DNA of 64,000 nucleotides, from positions 992-64,991 of the forward strand of contig JBGVPY010000062.1 of NCBI GenBank assembly GCA_045127235.1. The letters are read 5' to 3'. Of this stretch, positions 55,734 through 64,000 are shown in pieces. Origin of the DNA: Eubacteriales bacterium (GTDB lineage Bacteria > Bacillota > Clostridia > Oscillospirales > CAG-272). Each line of letters begins with the position of its first letter. Within the stretch, counting starts at the first letter, position 1. The position numbers were made by a program, and so were the translations under genes. The notes beneath the pieces were generated by a model. The model searched no databases and was not told the origin of the DNA. It saw nothing but the letters and a program-made list of their open reading frames with translations.

Positions 55734-57350
55734 ATGTTAAGTCTTGAAAAATTTCATTTCAGTGCAAGAAATTCCTTAATTTCTGTTGCAAAGGTTAATG
55801 AAAAAATCGTTTTACATTCACTTCATAACGGTGGAATGGTACCGCTTATGGAGCTTGACTATTCTGATGCAATAACCGAAAGCTTTTTGCCTTGGGAGCT
55901 TCAAGTAACTGAAAATAATAAAAAACACAAAATGTGCCTATTCGGTAAGGACGGAATTTGCTTTTCCGGAAAGGGAAAATCCCCTTGCTTTACCTATATC
56001 TATATGAAGGGCGTGTATAATGCCAACTACATTTATGAGGGCAAAAACATTTTAAAGCTTTGCGATTGCTTTACAAATACATTCCATACCTTCAAAATTC
56101 ATAAAGGCGCCGTATCTCTTGATACAAAGGACAGTGAAAGAAGAATATACAAGGATTACATAAAAATAACAATCCTACCTGATGAAAACGGGGAATACGA
56201 GTTTACTATTCGCTTTAGCACAAGTGAGCAATCTGTTTATTCTGATTTAACGTACAACGAATATTCAGAAAACAGAAAAAACGAATATCTTGCTTGGGAA
56301 ACAAAAATGAAATGCCAAAACGATGTTGATAAAGCATGTGCATATATTTTGTGGAGTAATATCATATCCGGCGAAGGCAATTACGACAGAGATGCAATCG
56401 TAATGAGTAAATCGGGAATGTGCAAGCTTTGGTCTTGGGATAATACCTTCAATGCTCTTGATTTGGCTGACAAGGATTTTGAGCTTTCATATAATCAATT
56501 TATTTATCCATATAGATTTATGGATAATCATGGCAGAACCCCCGATACAGTTACTACCACAAATATGGAAAGAGCGTTTGTAAAGCCCCCAATCCAAGGC
56601 TGGATTTATAAGCAGCTTGTTAAACGCAACAAAAAATATGAAGATATTGAAGTTATAGATGAGCTTTATTACTTCATGAAAAAGAACACAGATTGGTGGC
56701 TTAACTATCGTGGTAACACTCCTTGCTATTATCACGGAAACGATTCAGGCAACGATAACGCAACATGCTTTGATAATACGGAAATTATTCAATCCCCCGA
56801 TTTAATTGCATATTTGTCAGTACAATGTGATGTTTTATCACAAATGGCAGAAAAGCTTAATTTGTGCAGTGATGTTAGAATATACAAAATGCTATCAAAT
56901 GAGCTTTTAGAAAAGTGCGTAACATATTTTTGGGATGGAGAAATCTTTATCCGTAACGGTATGACTGAGGAAATATACAGACCTCAAAGCCTAATGCCGT
57001 TAAGAATGATTGTTTTAGAGGATAAGCTTCCAACTAACATAAAGGAATACATACTTAATAAGCTTAAAAGCGATTTCTTATGCCCATACGGACTTGCAAG
57101 CGAATCTATACATAGCCCATTCTATACGCAAAACGGCTATTGGAGAGGACCTGCCTGGGGACCTGACCAAATTATATTTACTTTAGCCCTTCGTAATATG
57201 GGCGAAACCCAAATAAGCGAAAGCATAGCATCAGGCTACAAAAAAGCAATAGAAAAATCAGGCTTTTCTGAAAACCACGACCCAATAACGGGAGACTCAT
57301 TAAAATGCAAAGCATATAGCTGGACTGCTAATGCTTATAGACTATTATAA
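55734..57350 (+). CDS. six-hairpin glycoside hydrolase (GH63 / MGH1-like); paralog of 32570-34201
   Basis: MSKSGMCKLWSWDNTFNA, VKPPIQGWIY, YYHGNDSGNDNA, GYWRGPAWGP, KAYSWTANAY. Confidence 0.5.
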   Translation: MLSLEKFHFSARNSLISVAKVNEKIVLHSLHNGGMVPLMELDYSDAITESFLPWELQVTENNKKHKMCLFGKDGICFSGKGKSPCFTYIYMKGVYNANYIYEGKNILKLCDCFTNTFHTFKIHKGAVSLDTKDSERRIYKDYIKITILPDENGEYEFTIRFSTSEQSVYSDLTYNEYSENRKNEYLAWETKMKCQNDVDKACAYILWSNIISGEGNYDRDAIVMSKSGMCKLWSWDNTFNALDLADKDFELSYNQFIYPYRFMDNHGRTPDTVTTTNMERAFVKPPIQGWIYKQLVKRNKKYEDIEVIDELYYFMKKNTDWWLNYRGNTPCYYHGNDSGNDNATCFDNTEIIQSPDLIAYLSVQCDVLSQMAEKLNLCSDVRIYKMLSNELLEKCVTYFWDGEIFIRNGMTEEIYRPQSLMPLRMIVLEDKLPTNIKEYILNKLKSDFLCPYGLASESIHSPFYTQNGYWRGPAWGPDQIIFTLALRNMGETQISESIASGYKKAIEKSGFSENHDPITGDSLKCKAYSWTANAYRLL

Positions 57351-57358
57351 AAACTAAC

Positions 57359-57400
57359 AAGCACCTCAAAGATTATACACCCTTGAGGTGCTTATTTCCT
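57359..57400 (+). terminator. hairpin terminator
   Basis: aagcacctcaa ... ttgaggtgctt followed by atttccttt. Confidence 0.5.
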
Positions 57401-57508
57401 TTATGCTTGATTTTTTAATGAGACAATAATATTGAAAAGTAATATATTTCGTGGTATAATCAAATAATGATATTAAAATAAAATTTCCATTTTTAATTTG
57501 AGGAAGAT

Positions 57509-58705
57509 ATGTCAAACATAAAAAAATATTGCATTTACACAACGCTTTATAACTTGGGCTTCACATTCTGCACAGGCGCAATTATGCAAACCTTTTTAAT
57601 TCAAGCAGGATTTTCCGCCGAGCAGGTTTATGTGCTTAATTCGTTAATGCAGATTATGCAAGTAGCAATGATGCTCGTTCTAACCTTTTTATCAGATAAA
57701 ATAAAACGTGTAAAATTGGTTACGAGCATTTCTTGTCTATCACTTAGTTTATTAACCTGTGTATTTTTAATAGGTGCAATAAACATTGAACTAATAAAAA
57801 ACGTCTATGTAGTTACAGTATTTATCGTTGCAAGCATATCCTACGTCGGCGTAGGACTGTATAACATTCTTGCGTACTGCTTACCATATTACACTATTGA
57901 TATGAAAGATTACGGAAAAATGACGGGCATTAGCACATCAATAGCAGGCGGCGTATCCTTTTTAGTGTCCCTTATCTATTCCATTCTCTTATCGAAATTT
58001 TCGTATATGAAAGTAACGTCGTCCTTTTTCGTGCTTTCAATAGTATGCTTTATACTAACGAGTATCGTGTGTGCATCTATGCGAGAGAAAACAGCGGAAA
58101 TGAATAAAGAAGATAGAAAAGACGTTGCCGCAGTATTTAAAAACAAAAATACGTATATATTATTGCTTCCTAATTTTACACGTGGATTAGCAGTAGGAAT
58201 ATTTAACGTGATCGCCACAATTGCTATTTCCGAGAGCATTTTAAATGAAACCACCTCGTCATACGTGAACGTAATTTTGCAAATAGCAACTTTCGTAGGT
58301 AACTTGTTTTTTGCTTTTGCATATAAAAAGTTTTCAACAAAAAACGTACTTCTATTTGCTACACTGGGAGTATGTATAGCATTTCCCTTTTCCCTTGAAC
58401 TTGGAACAATCGGTTTCTTTTGTTGTTTTACTATTGCTTCGTTCTTTCGTTTTGTTACCGATACCGCTTTCCCCGTCATTATTACGGAGATTATTCCTAA
58501 AGAACAAATCGGCTCATATACCTCTATCCGTATGCTCGTATTTACGGGAGCACAAGCGGTTGCAACTTTACTTATAACACCGCTCAAAAATGCGGTAGGT
58601 TATACGGGTGTATTGATTTTTGCATCAGTTATGTTATTTATTTGCGGTATAACCTATTATGCTGTTGCAAAAAGCGTAAAAAATTCTGTTATCAAACAAA
58701 ATTAA
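57509..58705 (+). CDS. MFS-type transporter
   Basis: About 12 hydrophobic helices in a 398-aa protein, located in a sugar-enzyme operon. Confidence 0.7.
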   Translation: MSNIKKYCIYTTLYNLGFTFCTGAIMQTFLIQAGFSAEQVYVLNSLMQIMQVAMMLVLTFLSDKIKRVKLVTSISCLSLSLLTCVFLIGAINIELIKNVYVVTVFIVASISYVGVGLYNILAYCLPYYTIDMKDYGKMTGISTSIAGGVSFLVSLIYSILLSKFSYMKVTSSFFVLSIVCFILTSIVCASMREKTAEMNKEDRKDVAAVFKNKNTYILLLPNFTRGLAVGIFNVIATIAISESILNETTSSYVNVILQIATFVGNLFFAFAYKKFSTKNVLLFATLGVCIAFPFSLELGTIGFFCCFTIASFFRFVTDTAFPVIITEIIPKEQIGSYTSIRMLVFTGAQAVATLLITPLKNAVGYTGVLIFASVMLFICGITYYAVAKSVKNSVIKQN

Positions 58706-58724
58706 TAAAAAAGGAGTAAACCAA

Positions 58725-60209
58725 GTGAAACAAACAAAGTTTATAATCCAAATGGATCCTTATGCGGGAGAAATTGCAAATATTCCCGTGGATAAACTTA
58801 TAGATTGGCTCTTTTATTGCGTTGACAAAAAAGGCGTAAAGGTAGATGAAATTTTTTGGGAGGGACATTGTTTTATGGAACAGGAACTTCCTTGCTACAA
58901 TGCCCCGGTATATAAAAAATTTCAAGAAAAATCTATAAATATTATGAGTCGCATTATAGATGAGTGCCATAAGCGTGGAATCAAAGCATATTGCCTTCAC
59001 CGTATGTCAGAAGTGGAGATAGATTTAGAATCCGGCAGAAACGAACTAAAGCAAAAGCACAAGGATTGGATAATTAAAACATGGTGGCAAGAAGGACTAT
59101 GGAATTTAGCATCAAGTGAACTTCGGGAGTTTAAACTTAATTACATAAGCAAGATTATGAAAAAATACTCCTTTGACGGAATTTGTATAGACTTTTTAAG
59201 ACATCTTCCATGTCTGCCTGTAGGTAAACAATGGGAACACAGAGAATGTGCCACGGAGTTTATGAGTAAACTAAAAGCTAGTATGAATAAACTTGACCGT
59301 CAAGTTATAGTAGGTGCGAAACTTCCCGAAAACGGTGAATCATGCCGTATAGACGGGTTTGACGTTGAAAAATGGGCGAAAAATAACTTGGTTGACTTTG
59401 TCATAGGTGGTTCAAGAACAGTTAATCCCGATATTGATTGGTATAAAAAAGTAACAGAAGGCACAAACACGTTAGTCTATACTTGTTGGGATGCAGGACA
59501 CGTAGCGGAAGGGCACCATAATCAATCAAGCGATTTCTTTCGTGGAATGTTATCAAATTGGATTTACAAGGGGTCTGACGGAATCGTTTTATTTAATCCT
59601 GTACCGGCACCTTATGAAGAACTTGCTAAATTACTTCCACCCGAAGAAATAATACACTGTCTTGGACCGGATTGTACTGATTTTTATAAGGTTTTAAGTG
59701 AGGAAAATTCCAAGGACAAAAAATTAAGATACGTCACGGAAAGACGAGGCGGTTATCCCTTTTTAACAGGTTGCGGAGGCAATAACGTTTTCGCCCCACT
59801 TCCCGCACCTATCCCAAACGATGAAACACCGCTTGATATAAAAATTGATGTGTGCGGAGATTTCAAGGACAGAGAGGCAGAAATAAGATTTGTTATAACC
59901 AATGCAAAATCCTCTTGCGATAAATTTAAAATATTCTTAAATGGAGCAGAGATAGAGGACTTTACAGAAAATTATTCTTACACGGATCAGCAAATTTTCT
60001 GGCCTAATCCACAGCCCTCAATATATACCGCCAACTCCTTAAACCAAAACCCAACCCCTATTTTAGAAATCAAAGCAAGCATAAGTGGAGCACTCCTTCA
60101 AAACGGAACAAACGTTCTTTCAATCTCCGTTATCGACAGAATAAATTACTTCCTCGACTCAGATAGCATAAACGTTGAGCGAGCAGAAATTATCATCGAA
60201 GCTAAATAG
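58725..60209 (+). CDS. glycoside hydrolase-like TIM-barrel protein (GHL10/DUF187-like, tentative)
   Basis: FDGICIDFLRH motif. GTG start 6 nt after AAGGAG. Confidence 0.35.
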   Translation: MKQTKFIIQMDPYAGEIANIPVDKLIDWLFYCVDKKGVKVDEIFWEGHCFMEQELPCYNAPVYKKFQEKSINIMSRIIDECHKRGIKAYCLHRMSEVEIDLESGRNELKQKHKDWIIKTWWQEGLWNLASSELREFKLNYISKIMKKYSFDGICIDFLRHLPCLPVGKQWEHRECATEFMSKLKASMNKLDRQVIVGAKLPENGESCRIDGFDVEKWAKNNLVDFVIGGSRTVNPDIDWYKKVTEGTNTLVYTCWDAGHVAEGHHNQSSDFFRGMLSNWIYKGSDGIVLFNPVPAPYEELAKLLPPEEIIHCLGPDCTDFYKVLSEENSKDKKLRYVTERRGGYPFLTGCGGNNVFAPLPAPIPNDETPLDIKIDVCGDFKDREAEIRFVITNAKSSCDKFKIFLNGAEIEDFTENYSYTDQQIFWPNPQPSIYTANSLNQNPTPILEIKASISGALLQNGTNVLSISVIDRINYFLDSDSINVERAEIIIEAK

Positions 60210-60243
60210 GATAATAATTCAATAAATTCTAAAGGAGATATTT

Positions 60244-61272
60244 ATGGACTTTAAGCAAAGTATTTTCCCAAGATGGAGAGGTTTTAATTTACTTGGAATG
60301 TTTTGTTCCAAGGAGTCTTGTTATAACGACTTTCGCTCTCCTGGATACTTTACGGAAGAGGATTTTAAAATGATGTCAGATTGGGGATTTGACTTTGTCA
60401 GACTGCCGCTTTCATATAGACTCTGGAGCGACGTTAAAAATCCTTATGAGATAAACGAAGAGAAAATATCGCGCCTTGATGAAGCCATATATTTTGCAGA
60501 AAAATACGGCTTACATATAAATATAGCAATGCACCGCCTTCCCGGTTACTGTGTTAATCAAGATGAAAAAATAGAGGAAACAAGCAACCTTTGGTGCGAC
60601 AAGGAAGCACTTAATGCCGCAGTATATCAATGGACACAAATTGCCAAAAGATATAAAAATATATCTAAGGACAAGCTTAGCTTTAACGTAATAAACGAGC
60701 CCGATAGAAAAATAACCCCGCTTCAGTATAAAACGGTTAATGAAGCGGTTATAAATGAGGTAAGAAAAATCACTCCCGACAGATTATTCATTCTTGACGG
60801 TATTTGTTACGGCGATATTCCACCCGTTGATGCTATGCGATATTTTGAAAATTGCGGATATAGCTGTCGAGGCTACGAGCCACGAAGATTAACCCACTAC
60901 GGCACAGGCGAGGATGATGAATATCCAAAATGGCCTGATATGCGAAAGATTGATAATAACGGCGACCAAGCAATCCGTGATAGAAAAGAATTAGAACAGT
61001 TTTTCGGTATGTGGGCAGCACTTTCTGAGGTGTTAAAGGTAGGCGTTCACTGTGGAGAAATGGGCGTTTTCTATAAATGCCCTCACGATATTGCAATGCG
61101 ATGGCTTGAAGACGTTTTAGACGTTTTAAAATCATATAATATCGGCTATGCATTTTGGAATCTTCGAGGTAAATTTGGCATTATGGATAACGGAAGAGAT
61201 GATATAGAAATGAAAAACTATAACGGACATACTCTTGATGCAAAAATGCTAAAGCTGTTACAAAAGTATTGA
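60244..61272 (+). CDS. GH5-family glycoside hydrolase
   Basis: FDFVRLPLSY, FNVINEP (acid/base Glu), HCGEMG (nucleophile Glu). Confidence 0.75.
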   Translation: MDFKQSIFPRWRGFNLLGMFCSKESCYNDFRSPGYFTEEDFKMMSDWGFDFVRLPLSYRLWSDVKNPYEINEEKISRLDEAIYFAEKYGLHINIAMHRLPGYCVNQDEKIEETSNLWCDKEALNAAVYQWTQIAKRYKNISKDKLSFNVINEPDRKITPLQYKTVNEAVINEVRKITPDRLFILDGICYGDIPPVDAMRYFENCGYSCRGYEPRRLTHYGTGEDDEYPKWPDMRKIDNNGDQAIRDRKELEQFFGMWAALSEVLKVGVHCGEMGVFYKCPHDIAMRWLEDVLDVLKSYNIGYAFWNLRGKFGIMDNGRDDIEMKNYNGHTLDAKMLKLLQKY

Positions 61273-61277
61273 TAAGC

Positions 61278-61306
61278 AAAAAAGTGAGCGTACTGCTCAC
61301 TTTTTA
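61278..61306. terminator. bidirectional terminator
   Basis: aaaaagtgagc gtact gctcacttttt. Confidence 0.75.
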
Positions 61307-61308
61307 AG

Positions 61309-62487
61309 TTACCGTTTATAATCCTTTAATAAAATTCTATCGTTTTTCTCAACCTGAATTTTTGTAGGATCATAACCGCTCTCATCTTCATATGGCATAA
61401 AATAAGCAAGCAAGCTCCAACCCCAAAAAGGATCAAGACCGCATCCAACTTGCGTTTCAGTAGCATAATATTCGCGGTCACCTATACGCTTAACCTGTCT
61501 GTATGTTTCATTTGCAAGATGTGTTGCTTCGTCGGTGTATCCGTATTTACGAAGCCCCTCAAATACGTAATAGTTAGTAGGAATCCAAGTGTTAGCACGC
61601 CATGAGCAGCCCCAGTCTCCGGGTAGCGGCGTTTCCACATAATTAGGAGTTGAAGCAGACATAACGGGATAGATAAATCCTCTGTTAAACTCGTTAGGAT
61701 TTAATAGATACTTTTCTATCATAGATTTTGCCATATCCTCAGTAGCAATCCCTGCCCACATTGTTGCGAAAACACCAATATATCTTACTTTAATCTGTTC
61801 ACCTGAACGACGGTCAATATCATAAAAAAATCCATCCTCAGTATTCCACATTTTTTCACGAATAGCTTGTGCTAATCTGTCAGCATGTGCTTCGTAAATT
61901 TTCGCGACACTATCCTTATTCAAAATACGGGCAAGAAGTGCAAATGCTCTGCACTCACGCACAAGATAACAGTTTAAATCAACACCGCAACAAAAACGAG
62001 CAGACCAGTGTCCGGCTCTGTCCCGCTGATTATCCATACCGGTATGCAATGAACTGTCCCAAAAAGCAAGACCGCAGTAATTTTCAGGATTTAAAATCCA
62101 ATAATCAAGATACTTTTTTAAACGGTTGAAATAGTAAAAATCATTATCCGAAAGAAAATTAATCTTCTCATCACGGTTATAAATCAAAAGACAAATTTGA
62201 GACAAAAACGGTTTAACATGCTCTAAAAGCTGATAGTCAGACCCATCCGATGAACGCTGAATATGACCGCTTTCCTTTTGCATATCTAAAAAGATTTCAA
62301 CCCCAAATCTTGCGTAATCAGTAGTCCAACCAAGATATAGCTGTACAATAGTCTCAAAATACTGATCCCAATCGTAAAGCGTAGCATACTCATAACCCGT
62401 ATAGTATCGCTTGCCGGTTTCAATGTTGGTAAAAACACCCTTTTTTCGCATCATATCATCAATGCGTCTGTAATCGTTTTGATACAT
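61309..62487 (-). CDS. six-hairpin glycoside hydrolase (GH63/GH37 trehalase-like)
   Basis: (alpha/alpha)6-type motifs: YDWDQYF, AFWDSSLHTGMDN, WRANTWIPTNYYVFEGLRKYGY. Confidence 0.5.
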   Translation of the reverse strand: MYQNDYRRIDDMMRKKGVFTNIETGKRYYTGYEYATLYDWDQYFETIVQLYLGWTTDYARFGVEIFLDMQKESGHIQRSSDGSDYQLLEHVKPFLSQICLLIYNRDEKINFLSDNDFYYFNRLKKYLDYWILNPENYCGLAFWDSSLHTGMDNQRDRAGHWSARFCCGVDLNCYLVRECRAFALLARILNKDSVAKIYEAHADRLAQAIREKMWNTEDGFFYDIDRRSGEQIKVRYIGVFATMWAGIATEDMAKSMIEKYLLNPNEFNRGFIYPVMSASTPNYVETPLPGDWGCSWRANTWIPTNYYVFEGLRKYGYTDEATHLANETYRQVKRIGDREYYATETQVGCGLDPFWGWSLLAYFMPYEDESGYDPTKIQVEKNDRILLKDYKR

Positions 62488-62799
62488 AATATTAGCTTTT
62501 TACCTCATAGAATAAAATTTACATATACATTGTACCACTTTTATTAACAGTAATCAAGGCTTCTTAATCAAGTAATAGTAATACACGCCAAAATATGATT
62601 ATATCCAACGATATACCAATCTCATGACTTAATAAAAAATGACAAGCCTAAGCCTACCATTTCATATCGGAATGATGTATCCCGACTCGAACACCTACTA
62701 AAAAGGGGAAAAAGCCTTGTGCCATACGGCTTTTAGCGTTTTTATATAGACTGAATTTTGCGAAAAAGAAAAACAAAGCGTAGAAAATGAGAAAAAAGC

Positions 62800-63354
62800 T
62801 TATTTTTTCATAACCTTAATAAATCGAAACATTTCATCAGGCCCCTCGTCGGGATCGTGAATCTCATCTTCGAGCATATCGTGTTCGGGCTGAAAATACT
62901 CACACCAAAATTGGTCTATCTGAAAACCGCACTTGTTTACGTAAAAATGGATATTTCGCTTCTCAAAATATGGGGTACAGGTTTCCCATACCTTGGTTTC
63001 GGGATATAACGCTTCTACTTCAAGCCAAGCACCGTAACCGATTCCTTTCGTGTGTTCTTTGGGGTTGACAAAAAGAATTTCTAATTCATTGTGGTTAGTT
63101 TCTTTGTTTATTTTCAAAATAACACCGCCAACTTTTCTTCCATCAACTACAATGCGATAAGTTTCACTATCGTCAGAGTCGATACAATGCTCAATAGTTT
63201 TACGGGAAATGATTTCACCGTCAAAGTCAAGATGATTATCACGCTCACCAAACTCCATCATCGCACCATACTTGAACGCCCATTGATTGTCAAGAATAAA
63301 TTGCTCACGGTCATCTGCTGTGAGAGGAACAAGAGTAACCTTTGTGTTTTTCAT
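62800..63354 (-). CDS. GNAT-family N-acetyltransferase
   Basis: VGGVIL...LEILFVNPKEHTKGIGYGAW acetyl-CoA motif. ATG 63354 after GGAGG. Confidence 0.7.
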   Translation of the reverse strand: MKNTKVTLVPLTADDREQFILDNQWAFKYGAMMEFGERDNHLDFDGEIISRKTIEHCIDSDDSETYRIVVDGRKVGGVILKINKETNHNELEILFVNPKEHTKGIGYGAWLEVEALYPETKVWETCTPYFEKRNIHFYVNKCGFQIDQFWCEYFQPEHDMLEDEIHDPDEGPDEMFRFIKVMKK

Positions 63355-63716
63355 AAAAATACCTCCAAAAATAAAAATAGAGCCTTGGCTATTGTAACAC
63401 AATAACCCAAGCTCACTTGGACACCTAATCCGGCAATTGAATACTACGGTATTCTGCCTCCGGTGACTAATTATTCTTTAAATATTATATCACAAAAGTG
63501 CAAGTAAGTCAATAAACAAATTCCAATTTGTCGAGATGATGATAAAGAGCGAGGGCTGACGAAATCAACCGTTAGCCCTCAAAATTTGCATCGGTAGTAA
63601 AAAAAGAATAAGCGCAGGAAAAATCAAATAACAGTTTTGTGTTTTCTAATCTAACGGGTTATTGATTGAAAGATGAATGTATGTTAAAATTAAGGTGTAA
63701 AAAGGAGGTAATCACA

Positions 63717-64000
63717 ATGACGATCGGTGAGAAAATAAAATACTTTAGAAACAAAAAAGGAATAACTCAAGAAAGAATAGCTTCAGAACTATACATTTCA
63801 TATCAAGCAGTATCAAAATGGGAACGAAACGAGTCTTTGCCCGATGTTACTATGATTCCAAAATTAGCAGAGATTCTTGGTATATCTTGTGATGCACTTT
63901 TAGTAGAGGATATAGTTTCAGTTACAATGGATGTTGACAAAATTCTATCCGAGGTTAGAGAACAAAAGAACATAGAGCTTCAAATAGAAGCTCTTGAAGA
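63717..64000 (+). CDS. XRE-family HTH protein, 3' end outside the window
   Basis: MTIGEKIKYFRNKKGITQERIASELYISYQAVSKWERNESLPDVTMIPKLAEILGISCDALL. SD AAGGAGG 7 nt upstream. No stop before the window end. Confidence 0.8.
   Translation, partial: MTIGEKIKYFRNKKGITQERIASELYISYQAVSKWERNESLPDVTMIPKLAEILGISCDALLVEDIVSVTMDVDKILSEVREQKNIELQIEALE

Noticed and set aside
62560-62760. A tRNA-like T-arm string (ggtgttcgagtcggg on the minus strand) in the spacer between the GH gene and the GNAT gene.
   Set aside because: The flanking sequence yields no acceptor stem, anticodon arm or D-arm, so it is not a tRNA.
63355-63480. Possible riboswitch or leader structure upstream of the GNAT gene (caccgg ... ccggattaggtg pairings on the minus strand).
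   Set aside because: Only short, ambiguous pairings were seen, with no match to a riboswitch core that I can recall. This is not enough to call.

Overview
AT-rich, low-GC segment that looks like a Clostridia-class Firmicutes chromosome (gene content, GGAGG-type ribosome-binding sites (SDs), hairpin terminators). I saw no rRNA, tRNA, CRISPR array, transposase or integrase.

Layout:
- 1-4.2 kb: 3' end of a polymorphic toxin with a NucA/NucB-like DNase tip, a putative immunity gene, a transglutaminase-like protein and an odd Gly-rich membrane protein.
- 4.4-34.2 kb: accessory carbohydrate island. It holds six paralogous genes for Sec-secreted proteins (BspA-type LRR or phosphoesterase passengers), interleaved with DeoR, AraC, MerR-kinase and XRE-ARH regulators and with GH2, GH32-like, GH172/DUF2961 and six-hairpin glycosidase genes.
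- 34.3-45.4 kb: housekeeping block (rpmF-yceD, mazF/ndoA-like, acyl-ACP thioesterase, aminotransferase, iorAB-paaK-ACT, bcp, small pyrophosphatase).
- 45.4-64 kb: second glycoside-utilisation block (GHL6-like, GH27, beta-helix protein, ARH, six-hairpin GHs, MFS, GH5, GNAT).

Main finding: the six secreted proteins share a module of about 137 aa that I cannot place in any named anchoring or sorting family. Five of the six genes are followed immediately by an unannotated 49-aa ORF, below the ORF-track cutoff, that starts MKY[VI]TPKYE and ends GN[IV]IM[NR]AL[DN][LI]F[KG], has its own GAGGT(G/A) SD and is followed (in four copies) by a cassette-specific hairpin terminator. The sixth gene keeps only a 12-codon remnant of that ORF. 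Parts of the cassettes are near-identical at DNA level, which suggests gene conversion.

Other points of interest:
- A GC-richer noncoding element of about 250 nt (27.06-27.31 kb) with features of a structured RNA.
- A MerR-sugar kinase fusion behind a promoter with a 19-bp spacer.
- A duplicated pairing of ARH and six-hairpin GH genes.
- An orphan MazF.
- A beta-helix protein with unusual terminal domains.

All family calls come from motif recognition by eye. No database search was run.
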